From Pavona decussata (Eukaryota): a DNA stretch of 64,000 bases. The position numbers and the translations under genes were made by a program. Shown piece after piece: positions 37,234 to 50,786 of this stretch (the first letter of the stretch is position 1; every line of letters begins with the position of its first letter). The notes under the pieces are model-generated. The model ran no database searches. It was not told where the DNA came from and saw only the letters and a program-made list of their open reading frames with translations. The stretch spans positions 2,728,001 to 2,792,000 of the forward strand of contig CDRNST010000056.1 of NCBI GenBank assembly GCA_977016875.1. Reading direction: 5' to 3'.

Positions 37234-38578
37234 ATGTCTGTCCAAGAAAACTGGCAAACAAGGAGAAACACCATCAGAGAAAGAACCAAGTTTATGCTCA
37301 ACAATCATCTATTCAGCGATGTAAAGTTTGTGGTTCGTAAGAGCGATGGCGAAAGTGAAAGTAAGAAAGTGATTCCAGCTCACAAGTTTGTACTGTCGAT
37401 TGGAAGTCCTGTATTTGAAGCCATGTTTTACGGTGAGCTAGCGGAGACTAGAGACTCCATTGAACTGCCTGACTGTGAGTACGAGAGTCTGTTGGAATTG
37501 TTTCGTTACATGTACAGCGATGAAGTGAATTTGCGCGGAAGTAATGTGATGCGAGTGTTTATATACTTGCATGGCGAAGAAATATATCGTGCCTTCACTC
37601 GCTGAGAAATGCAGCGAATATTTGCAAAATAATTTAGATCCTTCAAATGTTTTCAGCATTCTACCAACGGCTAAAAAGTTTGAGGAGAAAGAACTGGCGG
37701 ATCGATGCTGGAATGTTGTTGACAAGGAGACAGAAGCGGCAGTGAAATCGGATGGATTTGCGATAATTGACAGATCCTTACTTGAAGCAGTAGTCTCAAG
37801 AGATACTCTGACAATTGAAGAGATCGATTTGTTTAAAGGTGTTGAGTAGTGGGCAACAAAACAATGTCAAAAGCAAGGCTTATCAGCAGATGGTGGATCG
37901 AAAAGAAAGATTTTGGGTGAGCGGATTATTAAATCAATACGCTTTCCAGTAATGAAACAAGAAGAATTCGCAGCTGTTGTCATTGACTCCAAAATTCTGA
38001 CCCCAGATGAAATATCCACCTTTTTCAAGTTTTTCAGTTCGGCTTTAACTTCTCCAGTGGGATTTCCAGAAACCAGGCGTTCAGGAACAAGAGCCAAGAC
38101 TGCATGTGGCAGATTTAAATCGGTGTCAGTCGGCGATTCCTGGGGCTATGATAGTGGGCGTAAGGACTTTCTTGGTGTTACTGTGGACAGAGAGATAACG
38201 TTGCATGGACTTTGTTTTTGTGGCAGCGAGAATAAAAGCTACACTGTTTCTTTAGAGATAAAAGATGCCAGAAACAGTTCCTGCCTTGTCTCAAAGTCAG
38301 GAACATTTTCTTCAAACCTTCTGCAATATGAACTTACTAATTATCATGGATTTGAGGTTTTGTTTGACCGTCCCGTTATTTTGAAAAAGAACACTAAGTA
38401 CCAGATAGAAGCGTTAATATCTGGTCCTGCATCTTGGAGGGGTACAGGTGGCTTTAGTACCGTGCGATGTACTGGTGTGACATTTACATTTTCAACCAGT
38501 GATTCAAGGCCTTCTAACGGAACAAGTTGTACAATGGGACAATTTCCAGATTTTCTTTTTTCCCTTAAGTTAAGTTAG
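37234..38578 (+). pseudogene. BTB-BACK-PHR pseudogene, PHR subtype C
   Basis: Frameshift at about 37560-37572 and a TAG at 37847-37849; otherwise full length. Confidence 0.9.
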
Positions 38579-39120
38579 GTTTTGTCATTACATCGAATGC
38601 CAAAAATGCGTTACCATAAATATCAAGATACAAACATATTACTAAATACCAGAAACCTGCAAAAGGTGATAGATAATCAGCTTGTCAGTAAAGAAAAGTA
38701 ACAGTTGAAAAACGGTAAAATTAAGGCTATTATTTCAAGTATGAAATTGGAGGTTTATGAACAATCTAGAAGGTCTGTTGGATATAGGTGCTCTGATTAG
38801 TAATTAAGACAAATGCTGTTTAGTTGTTTTGTTATTTTCCAAACGAATAAACGGGAATGAATAATTAATGATAATATAAGGTCACGATTGGTGAATTAAA
38901 GTGGATATGCTTTAAAGATTGACCGTCGTCCACTTCAACAGCATCATGATTCCCCTGGGACTGATTGGGGAGTTGGCTGTAAAATATAACTTAAAATAAA
39001 AATTGAATCTACACAATAGTTTTACACGTCATTTCTGAAAAACAGAGAATTCTTTTTTTTACCATTTCAATTTGTATAGGTACTTCTTTTGCGTCTTAAT
39101 GCCTTTCAATTTAATATCTA

Positions 39121-39428
39121 GGGTGCTTAACATTTAGACAAAAAATCCGGAAATTTGGGTTTGAAGTCATGCCGGTAAGGTAAAATGGAAATTGTGGAGT
39201 ACCTTCAGAGGTATTCCTCTTTTTCCATTCGGAAGGAACAGCGGAAAATTCCTTATCATTTGAATGAATCCTCCATTTCCAGGCCTTTTCCAGCTAGAGT
39301 GGGACAAAACACCTGATTGATAAATCAAGCGCAATCTCACCCGGTTTGTCGGACGAATTCGGAAAATCCCTTACCATTCTCCAACGGTTTATACACTAAC
39401 CGAATTTTCCTACAAATGGTAAGCACCC
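39121..39428. mobile_element. Harbinger-like MITE, 3-bp TSD CTA; paralogous copies at 52791-53097 and about 63858-64000 (partial)
   Basis: Ends are CTA|GGGTGCTTAACATTT...AAATGGTAAGCACCC|CTA. It occupies the same position in all three subtype C 3' flanks. Confidence 0.7.
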
Positions 39429-39968
39429 CTACAAGAGTAGATTTATGTTTTGTTTCCTGAGTGAAGATACTGTGTATAAATGAAGTTACTCAGTAAGGTT
39501 ATCTCATCTTATCAAGTCAGTGGACATTGAGTTTTGTAAATTATAAGCCATGACATCGCTATACAGCCGAACCTCTTGTTGCGACAATTCCCCTCTTTTC
39601 CAAAGTGACCTCTTTTCCAAAGATACCAACATTTTCCCAGTCAATTGACGCTATAGTAGCGACAGTTATGACCTCTTCCCATTTCACTTCGGGGGATGGG
39701 TACGGCTACACGTAGGCTACAGTGTTGTATCTGCTGCATGTGTCTCGAAAGTTTCTATTATATTTTGTTAACTTCCCGCTTCAACTTATTTGCATGAGTA
39801 ATGCATTAATATAATGCACTTGTACACGTAAACCTCAACCTTGAGGGTAAAATACAAACTGCAGACCGAGGATAAAATGGAGACGTTGGCGAACAAAGGA
39901 TCGGGGCAAGCAGTGAGGGCTTGAACCGAGACACCGATGTGACATGATAGCGTGCTCGAGTACCGGTA

Positions 39969-41470
39969 CAGGCCCGCAAATGATCCCCGGACCGGAAATG
40001 ATCCCCAAATTGAGCCGAAAATGATCCCCGGACTAAAAATGATCCCCAGATTGAACCGCAAATGATCCCCGATAGCCTCACCATATATATAGAATGGAAT
40101 GGACTCAAATTTGAACAGTGGATTTCAACTTGATACACTTCATTCTTTTTCTTAATAACACCAGTCGTTATATTAAAGTACCTGCATGCAATTTCACAAC
40201 TTTAAAAATTATAATGTAGCAGGTCAGTGCAACAGAACAATTTACTTATAAAGTGGAACATACATGCCTGTGTACATAATTTACTTATACCATTATAACG
40301 CCTAAAATGTGCACGAATTGTACGAAATTCGTCATTTTTCAAATAGGGCAAACAATACGAAACAAATTTTGACAGTGCAACTCAAAAATACGTAACTGGA
40401 ACAGACCAACTTACTCGAATGGGAAAGTCTCCTCAGAGAGTATCACAACATCGCACTGATATAGTGAGCTTCCCCGAAGTAACCCAGCCACTTCCATCCC
40501 GAACGCATTCACTTTAGAGAATTCGTGAATCGTAGTGGGTGGGAGACGTACCTTCGACGGATGTCCATTACCCCTGAGTGAGGTGATGTTGCCTTATTAG
40601 GTCTATTAGGTCTGGTGAACATTCTCGATATTCCGGTTGCTGCGGCGCAGTCTAGCTTAGGAGAAGGTTTATCTATAATCTACCCAAGTAACCATAGTCA
40701 AGAAGAAGCTGATTTCGACAGCATTGCTTTGGTGGGCCATGAAGCCCAACAAAGCAACTTCCATAGCCTTCAGCAAATGGACGCAAATACAACAGATGAA
40801 CTCGAAGAATTAAAATTGAAGTATGGAGAAGGGCGAATTACTGAAGATCAAATTTGCCTAAAATGCGGGAAAAATTGACAGCTATTCCCAAGGCGTCTAT
40901 GAGGGGACCGTTGTCTTCTGCAGGTCTATGCCGTCCAATCAGCGACAAAACGAAAACGAAAGACAAAATCAACATATTACACGATAACGTATTGGACGAC
41001 CGAGGATAAAACGTTATGCTTAAGACTAAGATCCGATTAAGAACAAAGGCGACGAAAGTTGGCGAGATTTGACCGCCATCTGAAGTGCATTGACCGATTC
41101 TCCTTCCTTTTACAAAAAAAAAAAAAATCTTGCGAACGTCTTAGCTTACCCGGTCTTTAAGAGTTTCGTACAATTCATGCACATTTTAGGCATTGTAATG
41201 GTATAAGTAAATCATATACATGCATGTTACAGTTTATAGATAAACTGTTCTCAGGTTCTGCTATTATACAATTTTTTAAGTTGTCAAATTTGCATGCAGA
41301 TAGTTTAAATATAACGACATGGTGTTATAAACAAAAATGAAGTGTATAAAGTTGAAATCCACTGTCCAAATTTGTGTCCATTCCATTCTATATTTATGTT
41401 GAGGTGATCAGGGATCATTTGCGGTTCAATTTGGGGATCATTGCAGGTCCTGGGATCATTTACGGGCCTT
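39969..41470. mobile_element. Foldback-type non-autonomous DNA transposon with about 300-360-bp inverted arms, TA flanks
   Basis: Left end TA|CAGGCCCGCAAATGATCCCC with repeated AAATGATCCCC units, mirrored at 41411-41470. The arms extend inward to about 40330 and 41161. Confidence 0.75.
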
Positions 41471-41684
41471 TAAAGCACCAATGTCATACTGCTTGACTGA
41501 TCTGACAGCTGATTACTAGGAGTGCCCTCACTGGCAACTTCATAAATTTTTAGAAGATTTTAAAGACTGGTTCAACTTGTCGAAGTATTGCATTGAATCT
41601 GTCCTGTCATGTCCTGTCTTGTCCTGTACTGTATTAAACTCAACTCAACTCAGGCAACTCATACAATTCAATTGCATACAGGCA

Positions 41685-42007
41685 TAGACTGTTCACAGCC
41701 CCCCTATTTTTCCGTGGGATCCTCGAGACCGGTAGGCTTCGATGGAACCGCCGCCATCTTTGTTTATATAAGCGAACGCGATCTGGGGAGAGTGTCTAAA
41801 CTACCGAGGGGAGCGGGAGTGGGTGTTATTATAGTGGGAGAGATCGCGCTCGCTTATACCGAAGCGTACCGGTCTGGAGAATCCCACGGAAAAATAGGGG
41901 GGCTGTGAACAGTAGTTTAGACACTCTCCCCGGATCGCGCTCGCTTATACCGAAGCGTACCGGTCTCGAGAATCCCACGGAAAAATAGGGGGGCTGTGAA
42001 CAGTCTA
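41685..42007. mobile_element. MITE with TAG...CTA ends and 9-bp TSD (AcademH-like), with an internal duplication of the right arm
   Basis: TSD ATACAGGCA at 41676-41684 and 42008-42016; TIR TAGACTGTTCACAGCCCCCCTATTTTTCCGTGGGAT; empty site in the paralog at about 27800. Confidence 0.85.
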
Positions 42008-42649
42008 ATACAGGCACCAAGACAAGCACTTATATTGTAGTTGATAGTACATCGAGTGCGTGGCACAAATCGTCAAAATGGCGTTTAAACCAACCAGGAC
42101 ACACCAAGGGACAATGAAGTAAAAAAGTAAGAAGGCTTTATTTCGTATTATTTTCAGTGTCTTTCCGGCGACTCAATCCAGCGAGAGTCTCAATAATATG
42201 GCTTATGCGAACTTCTGCAATTTCAATCAGTTAATTATCAGTGCACATTTCACGTATAAACGGCTCCGAAATCTGGCTCTTAAACACGCAAGAAAACTGA
42301 GGAAACCACAAAGTAATACAATAAGTACATTGTATTTTTTCAATTACTCTAGACTTACCACTTCCATTTACAACTTCAAATCAGCTGTAAATAACCTTGT
42401 TTCACACTACGATTGGGCAACCTGTCGTGTGACCACTTGAATGTAAAATATACTTTAGTTTAGCGCTATTATCCTGCAGCGCTATTTCTCAGAAAACCAC
42501 GTAATAAAATCCGTTCTGATCTGGTGAAAGTGAAAACATTTGATATTTACGTCACGTAAACTGAGCATATGAGTATGCGCAAACGGGCGCTGTTCCATAC
42601 TGCTTGATCAACAACTGTTTGATAGGAGTGCCTACAGCGACCAACGAAC

Positions 42650-43597
42650 ATGTCTGTAAAAGAAAACTGGCAAACAAAGAGACCCACCATCAGAGAAAGA
42701 ACCAAGTTTATGCTCAACAACCATCTCTTCAGCGATGTGAAGTTTGTGGTTCGTAAGAACGATGGTGAAAGCGAAAGTATGCAAGTGATTCCAGCTCACA
42801 AGTTTGTGTTGTCGATTGGCAGTCCTGTGTTTGAAGCCATGTTTTACGGTGAGCTAGCGGAGACTAGAGACTCTATTGAACTGCCTGACTGTAAGTCCGA
42901 GAATCTGTTGGAGTTGTTTCGTTACATGTACAGTGATGAAGCGAATTTGAGCGGAAGTAATGTGTTGGGAGTGTTATACTTGGCTAAGTAGTACATGGTG
43001 CCGTCACTCGCTGATAAATGCACGGAATATTTGCAAAAACATTTAGATCCGTCGAATGTTTTCAGCATTCTGCCACCGGCTGAAAAGTATGAGGAGAAAG
43101 AGCTGGTGGGTCGATGCTGTGAAATTGGATGGATATGCGACAATTGAGAGATCCTTACTTGAAGCAGTAGTCTCAAGAGATACTCTGACCATCCAAGAGA
43201 TCGATTTGTTTAAAGCTGTTAATCAGTGGGCAACAAAGGAATACGAAAAGCAAGGTTTAGCAGCAAATGGTGAACTGAAAAGAAGGATTCTTGGCGAAGA
43301 GATTATTAAGGCGATCCGCTTTCCATTGATGAAACTGGACGAATTTGCCTCCGCTGTCCTTGATGCAAGTATTCTTACTCCAAATGAAGTGGTGACCTTT
43401 TTTAAATTCTTTAGTTCATCATTGACTTCTCCAGTGGGATTTCCAGATACCAGACGGTCAGGAACAAGAGCCAAGACTGCAGTCCTTTACCGATGTGGCA
43501 GATTTGTATCGAAGTCAGGCGATCCTTGGAACTATATTAGTGGGAATAAGGACTTTCTTGGTGTTACTGTGGACAGAGATATAACGTTGCATGGACT
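42650..43597 (+). pseudogene. BTB-BACK-PHR pseudogene, 3'-truncated
   Basis: TAG at 42989-42991 and a deletion near 43118. Homology stops at ITLHGL, where Penelope-associated sequence begins. Confidence 0.9.
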
Positions 43598-45325
43598 CAG
43601 TCTCACACGCTTTTCTGTCACTTTATCTTACTCGGCCCAATGATGTGCGAGCAGTACTGACCCATTTAGCAGTTAACGTCGGTTCACAGCCGTTGCTGAG
43701 GAAGAACAGCACAGACAGCACCAACTTGAAAGTGTCCGTGTCTCCCATCGGTTTTTTCCAGGACTAGACAGTGGGAGTGCCGATGGGGAGCAAACTTTGG
43801 ACCCAATTATTTATTTTGTGTCATTGGCCACATTGAGAATTAAATCTTTAATCAGTATGAAGGAAGCGTACTGGAGTTAGTAAACGCTTCATCGGCGACA
43901 TCGTGAGAGCCACCTGCAGTACCATGGAAGAGATCGAAGACTCTGCTAATTTTGTCAATGGTTTTGGTCCCAGTCTTGAATTCACTTGGGCATATCTGAT
44001 GTACAACAATCTTTTTTTAATCTTTACATGAAACCATCTTCTGATCGCCTCTTCACCTGCATCCACTATAAAGAAATTGACACACATACGTAGCTAAATA
44101 ATTCATCCTCTCACCCTGTGAAGACTGTGAAGTGTAAGAACTCTATTTCTTATAAACAGTTTCTCTGTTTGAGACGCAACTGCAGTGACGAGTAAGACGG
44201 CTTAAAAAAAAAACAAAACAAAAATAAAAACGAGGAGGCGTCTACTTTTGTATTTCTCAGGATCCGTGGCTACCTGGCAACACAAGTAATAAAATTGAAC
44301 ACGCCCGGAACAAGGTACTGATGTTAAGTATCAGCTACCCCTCGTGAAATCATCTTTTAGAAAGTACGATCAAAACTGAAAACCAACCAGCAATCCCTTG
44401 GTGCTGACATACCATACTTCCAACATATACTTGTTAAGCCATCACGACCAATAACTTCCATCTGACACGGCAGCTATTTTCTAACCTGACGTATTTTATG
44501 CGCATATCGTCGCGATGGAAACCAACGTGACTCTCTGGTCAGGCGCAATATCAACACCACAGCTGCGCCTGTCGGATGATGATCGCGGTACGTTCCCATG
44601 TGGCTATTCACGGTGCAATACTTGCGTTTACACCAACGCATTGCCCACTATTAATGAGTTGCATGTGACGTCAAGGCGGCCAAGTTGGTGGACAGGAACA
44701 ATGAGATTTTTCGCCTCTGGGAGTTACCTTTCATTTTTATGCAAACTTTGTGAAAAAATTTTCTTTTGTTTTGTCCACCAACATGGCAGTGTTGTAAACC
44801 ACCTATAGACACTCCCGGCGGACGCGCCCATTTTCATCCATTCTAGATATACCTGTACCAGCAACAACGCACTGTACCTTATTAAGGGATACGCTTATAT
44901 TAAACGCTGATACTATTGTTTACATTGGAGAGACGGGAAGACGCCTTGAGGACAGATTCAGAGAGCATCTACACTCTACAAGACCGTCCTAACACAGAAC
45001 TGCCTGTGAGCCGATTCTTTACATCACCCGGTCACAGAATTGACGAAATGCTGTGTCCGTTGTCTGTTCCGGTTTTTGAAATAAAACTAGACCTATGCCG
45101 TTTCGAAGCTTTCCTGATACTCCGACATCAGATCCTCCAGCCAGGAGGGCTCAATGCTTACTCTGGAGCACAGTGAGCGCCGCGCGTTGATATAACGTAT
45201 GTTTTGAAACGTTTTCACTCATTTTATTCAAAATCTCTCACGCGCGCGCTTTTAATTTTCACCAGTTGCATTTTTTCACCACTGAAGACTCGAAGCAGTA
45301 GCGGGGATCAGAAACGTTTAGTAAA
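43598..45325 (+). mobile_element. Degenerate Penelope-like retroelement (RT C-terminus + GIY-YIG remnants); more deleted paralog at about 53718-54830
   Basis: Cross-frame remnants include NFVNGFGPSLEFTW, CKNSISYKQFLCLRRNCSD, IPLVLTYH, GTFPCGYSRCNTC, YTCTSNN.LYLI, GETGRRLEDRFREHL and PVSRFFTSPGH. Confidence 0.75.
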
Positions 45326-46290
45326 TATCTTTTTCAGCGCAGGTATCTACAGTCAAAACAATTTTAACATATTCAACCCGCCTTTTTCTCGAACAATTGC
45401 GCTACACAGTACAATTGTAATCTACTTTTAGGCTTCCCAATTTGCTTACATGCATTTCAGTTATTTTTTTAACGCTCATTCATATAAACTGAGTATCAGG
45501 TTTTCTGCGGTTCCTTCTCTTTTCAATAGATCAGGACACTTCACAAGAGACATAAACCCATACTTCTGTAATTATGGCCCACTAAAAACACCTTGCGTCG
45601 GAAAAGCATGCCGGACTAGTCGAAGTGCTGCATTAAACCTGTCCTGCCGGCTATATATACCTTGTTTTCCCCGTGGTCCCCTGCATTCAAAATAAGGCGG
45701 TGCATCTTGTACAATTTAATTGCATACAACACCAAAAGTTCTTATTTCATAGTCGATATTTCCTCGGATGGACCCAAATCTACAAAATGACGTTTAAAAC
45801 GACCAGGACACACGAAGGGACAATAAATTAAAAGTAACAAGGCCTTATTTCGTATTATTTTCAGTTTTACTTTTGGGATACTGATATGGCTTATGACTGA
45901 GCCTCTATTAATTCCACACAATTTTCTGCACATGAAGATAAGTACGTTTTTTGTCAGTTACTCTAGATATATACCACTACGATCTACAGCTTCAAACCAG
46001 CTGTAAACTGATTAGCTTGTTTCACGTTCTACGATTGGGCCGCGGCCTATGGTGTCCTGCCGCTGCGCTATTTCTCAGAACCACGCAATAAAATCCGTTC
46101 CGGTCTGGTGAAAGTGAAAGAATTTGATATTTCTGTCACGCAAGCTGAGCATGGTGATGTGAGTATGCGTAAACGGGCGCTATTCATGTTCGATACTGCT
46201 TGACTGCCGATCAACAACTGTTTGATAGGAGTGCCTACCGAGACCAACGAGAAGAGATTTCGAAATTTTGGACGCCTTCCAATAGCCAAC

Positions 46291-47605
46291 ATGTCTGTCC
46301 AAGAAAACTGGCAAACAAAGAGGCCCACCATCAGAGAAAGAACCAAGTTTATGGTCAACAACCATCTATTCAGCGATGTGAAGTCAGAGCGATGGTGAAA
46401 GTGAAAGTAAGCAAGAGATTCCCGCTCACAAGTTTGTGTTGTCGATTGGCAGTCCTGTGTTTGAAGCCATGTTTTACGGTGAGCTAGCAGAGACTAGAGA
46501 CTCTATTGAACTGCCTGACTGTGAGTACGAGAATCTGTTGGAATTGTTCCGTTACATGTACAGCGATGAACTGAATTTGAGCGGAAGCAATGTGCTGGGA
46601 GTGTTATACTTAGCGAAGAAATACATGGTGCCTTCACTCGCTGATAAATGCACGGAATACTTGCAAAATAATTTAGATCCGTCAAATGTTTTCAGCATTC
46701 TACTAACGGCTGAAAAGATTGAGGAGAAAGAACTGGCGGATCGATGCTGGAAGGTTGTTGACAAGGAGACAAAAGCGGCAGTGAAGTCGGATGGATTTGC
46801 GACAATTGAGAGATCCTTACTCCAAGCAGTAGTCTCAAGAGATACACTGACCATCGAAGAGATCGATTTGTTTAAAGCTGTTGATCAGTGGGCAACAAAG
46901 GAGTGCGAAAAACAAGGTTTAGCAGTAAATGGTGAACAGAAAAGAACGATTCTTGGAGAAGAGATTATTAAAGCGATCCGTTTTCCAAGGATGAAAGAAA
47001 AAGAATTTGCCGCTGACGTCCTTGACACAAAAATTCTTACTCCAGATGAAATAATCGCCTTCGTTAAATTTTATAATTCAACGTTAACCTTTCCAGTGGG
47101 ATTTTCAGAGTCCAGGCGTTCTGGTCCCCTTGATTATCGTTACCGATGTGGTAGGTTCGAGTCTGCAGGTGCGAATCGTTGGGGGTACGGTGGTAAAAAA
47201 GACTTTCTAAACTTTTCTGTGGACAAAGGCATCATGTTACACGGACTGTGTTTGTTTGGCAGCGAGAACAATGACTACAAGGTGATATTAGAAATAAAGG
47301 ATTGCAGTAATAATTCTACTGTAGTTTCCAAAGTAGGAACGTTTTCTTCAAAACGTATGCAATATAAGCACAGTCATTATTTCGGATTTGAAATTCTGTT
47401 TGACTCTGCCATTGATTTAAAGAAAACCACTGACTATCAAATCGAATCCTTAATATCCGGTCCAAGCTCTTGGGGAGGGAGTGATGGCCTATGTGCGGTC
47501 CAGATCTCTGGTGTGACGTTTAGTTTTTCTACCAGTGTAGGGAAACGAGGTAACGGAACAAATTATTCAAATGGTCAGTTTCCTGAATTTCTGTTTTCAG
47601 TGTAA
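46291..47605 (+). pseudogene. BTB-BACK-PHR gene with a single early frameshifting deletion (about 46385), PHR subtype A
   Basis: AAGTCAGAGCGAT replaces AAGTTTGTGGTTCGTAAGAGCGAT. The remaining 389-codon frame is intact. Confidence 0.85.
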
Positions 47606-49463
47606 GTTTCTATTACGGCGGACGATTAATTAAAGAAAGCCGCAGGAAAGAGAAAAATACTGAAACCGTTTTCGTTTCCTTCCCTTCTTGAATAACGAAG
47701 GACGAAGCACACTTAGAACGATCCAGAATATTTACTTTGGTAACTAGGCTCCACTGTTTTTTATAAGTAAACACATTTTAGGTTAGGTTACTCTGTAAAA
47801 AGGACGAGTTCTTTTTTGAATATACAGCAAAATAATGTCTGCCATTTAAGATGTAAGAATCATCGCCTGGAACTTCAGTTTTGTTGAAGATCAAGAGAAT
47901 TTTTCATTGAAATTTGACTGGGGTTTTGCCATGCTGAATTAATGATTTAATATTCTTGCTTATACTAAAAATATCTTAAAAACTTTATGACGGAAAAAAA
48001 GCGTTCTCAAAAAAGAGCAAATCGTAGTTACTAGTTTCCGAGGTAGTATAAACCACTGTTATCACTGTTTTATTATAGCTATATTTAAAAAAAAATAGTT
48101 GTATAAAAAGTGTGAAGAGATTTTGATAATAAAATATAACTATTGTCTAATTGCACCTTTACATGTACTGAATGAAAACAAAGAAGAAAATATACACCCA
48201 AATTCAATGAATCTGTCTTCTGCTCATCTCGCCTAAAGTCCTAACTAATCTGAAAGGACGGACTGCCTTTGTTAATCATTTCTTTAACGGCCTATTTGTT
48301 TTTTCTTTACATGAGAATATTCGAGTATTCAAGAACCGACGCCATCACTAGGGGCATCAGTGACTCTGAGTATTTATGCAACGTAACCATTCTGCCATCT
48401 GAAGGATACAACTGCAAGAGAGGATGAACTAGCTCATCCTCTCTTAATGAAATACGCAATTCAATTTCAATTTCTTTCTCCTTGAGAAAAACTTTATTCG
48501 CTCATGTGTGTATAGGCATCGATTTAGACTCAAATTTAAAACGTGAAGGGGAATAAATATTCGTTGTAAATTTAGCAAAACCCTGTTCAACGAACCATGG
48601 GAGGACACTAAACAAACTGACTCCCAAGGATATTGCTCAGCTTGGCCGACTCTTTGCACGTTCCGATTTCCAAGCGAATGATCCTAATTATAATTGATGC
48701 CTTTTTCAAGACGGTAGTTTTAATCCCGGCAGTGTTGTTATGTTATGACAGAGCTGAGATATTTCTCTTCGTGTCCATTGGTAACTGACCACTGCCGCAC
48801 GCGGGATCGGAAACGCGTAACGACGAACACGCCATAACAAATAGGAGTGGTGCAAAAAAATTGGGGCTGATAGCGGGTTAGTAAGAGTCTTGAAAAATAA
48901 TTATTTGGTTTTATTTAGTTTCGACTTCGCATTAATACTTCCAGTTGTGTCTACTCAATAACTAGTATAGCTAAAGGTATATTAAATTTTCCGGGTTTAA
49001 AGGGGGCAATAACTGTGGTGAAAACTGTACTTTTGCTTAAACAGAAAATTGATTTTAGTAGCGAAACTGACGAGGGTGGGGAGGGAAGGGAGATGGGTCA
49101 CAGCTTCACTACTTGCAACATTTTGCTGTAGTTACAGTCGATACAAAAACAAGGAAGTCATTTGTTCGCTGTGTAGCGGAGGGAACGATACCAGGCTGAT
49201 TTGGTAGTATCACTGCTTGTGTGCGTGCGTTCTCCCGCTGCGCTATTTCTCAGAAAACCACGCAATAAAATTCGTTCCGGTCTGGTGAGAGTAAAAACAT
49301 TTGATATCTCAGTCACGCAAACTGAGCATGGTGATGTGAGTATGCGTAAACGGGCGCTGTTCCATACTGCTTGACTGCCGATCAACAACTGTTTGTTAGG
49401 AGTGCCTACAGCAACCAAGAAGAAGAGATATCGTGAACTTTTGGACGCCTTCCTACGACCAAC

Positions 49464-50786
49464 ATGTCTGTACAAGAAAACTGGCAAACAAAGAGGCCCA
49501 CCATCAGAGAAAGAACCAAGTTTATGCTCAACAATCATCTATTCAGCGATGTGAAGTTTGTGGTTCGTAAGAGCGATGATGAAAGTGAAAGTAAGCAAGT
49601 GATTCCAGCTCACAAGTTTGTGCTGTCGATTGGCAGTCCTGTGTTTGAAGCCATGTTTTACGGTGAGCTAGCGGAGACTAGAGACTCTATTGAACTGCCT
49701 GACTGTGAGTACGAGAGTCTGTTGGAGTTTTTTCGTTACATGTACAGCGATGAAGCGAGTTTGAGCGGAAGTAATGTGATGGGAGTGTTGTATTTGGCGA
49801 AGAAATACATGGTGCCTTCACTCGCTGATAAATGCACGGAATATTTGCAAAGTAATCTTGCTCCGTCAAATGTTTTCAGCATTCTACCAACGGCTGAAAA
49901 GTATGAGGAGAAAGAGCTGGTGGATCGATGCTGGAAGGTTGTTGACAAGGAGACAAAAGCGGCAGTGAAATCGGATGGATTTGCGACAATTGAGAGATCC
50001 TTACTTGAAGCAGTAGTCTCGAGAGATACTCTGACCATTGAAGAGATCGACTTGTTTAAAGCTGTTGATCAGTGGGCAACAAAGGAGTGCGAAAAACAAG
50101 GTTTAGCAGAAAATGGTGAACAGAAAAGAAAGATTCTTGGAGAAGAGATAATAAAAGCGATCCGTTTTCCAGTGATGAAAGAAAACGAATTTTCAGCTGT
50201 TGTCCTTGATGCAAAAATGCTTTCTCCGGAAGAAGTGATCATCTTTTTTAAGTTTTTCAATTCAACATTGGCTACTCCAGTGGGATTTCCAGATACCAGG
50301 CGGTCAGGAACAGTCCTTTACCGATGTGGCAGATTTGAATCGATGTCAGTCGATCTCTGGCGCTATAATAGTGAGTACAAGGACATTCTTGATTTTACTG
50401 TAGACAAAGATATAACGTTCCATGGTGTTTGTTTGTGTGGCAGCGAGAGTAATAGCTATTCTGTTTCTTTAGAGACAAAAGATGCCAGTAACAATTCCTG
50501 CCTTGTCTCAAAGTCAGGAACATTTTCTTCAAAACTTCTACAATATAAACTTACTAACTATTATGGGTTTGAGGTTTTGTTTAACCGTCCCGTTCACTTG
50601 AAAAAGAACACTAAGTACCAGATAGAAGCTTTAATATCTGGTCCATCATCTGGGAGGGGTACAGGTGGCTTAAGTACCGTGCTATGTACTGGTGTGACAT
50701 TTACATTTTCAACCAGTGATTCAAGTCCTCTTCACGGAACAAGTTGTGCGAGAGGACAATTTCCAGAGTTTCTTTTTTCCCTTTAA
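49464..50786 (+). CDS. BTB-BACK-PHR domain protein, 440 aa, intact, intronless
   Basis: Complete ORF with all motifs. Confidence 0.95.
   Translation: MSVQENWQTKRPTIRERTKFMLNNHLFSDVKFVVRKSDDESESKQVIPAHKFVLSIGSPVFEAMFYGELAETRDSIELPDCEYESLLEFFRYMYSDEASLSGSNVMGVLYLAKKYMVPSLADKCTEYLQSNLAPSNVFSILPTAEKYEEKELVDRCWKVVDKETKAAVKSDGFATIERSLLEAVVSRDTLTIEEIDLFKAVDQWATKECEKQGLAENGEQKRKILGEEIIKAIRFPVMKENEFSAVVLDAKMLSPEEVIIFFKFFNSTLATPVGFPDTRRSGTVLYRCGRFESMSVDLWRYNSEYKDILDFTVDKDITFHGVCLCGSESNSYSVSLETKDASNNSCLVSKSGTFSSKLLQYKLTNYYGFEVLFNRPVHLKKNTKYQIEALISGPSSGRGTGGLSTVLCTGVTFTFSTSDSSPLHGTSCARGQFPEFLFSL

Noticed and set aside
40615-40878. 87-aa ORF inside the foldback element
   Set aside because: Non-ATG start and no recognisable domain.
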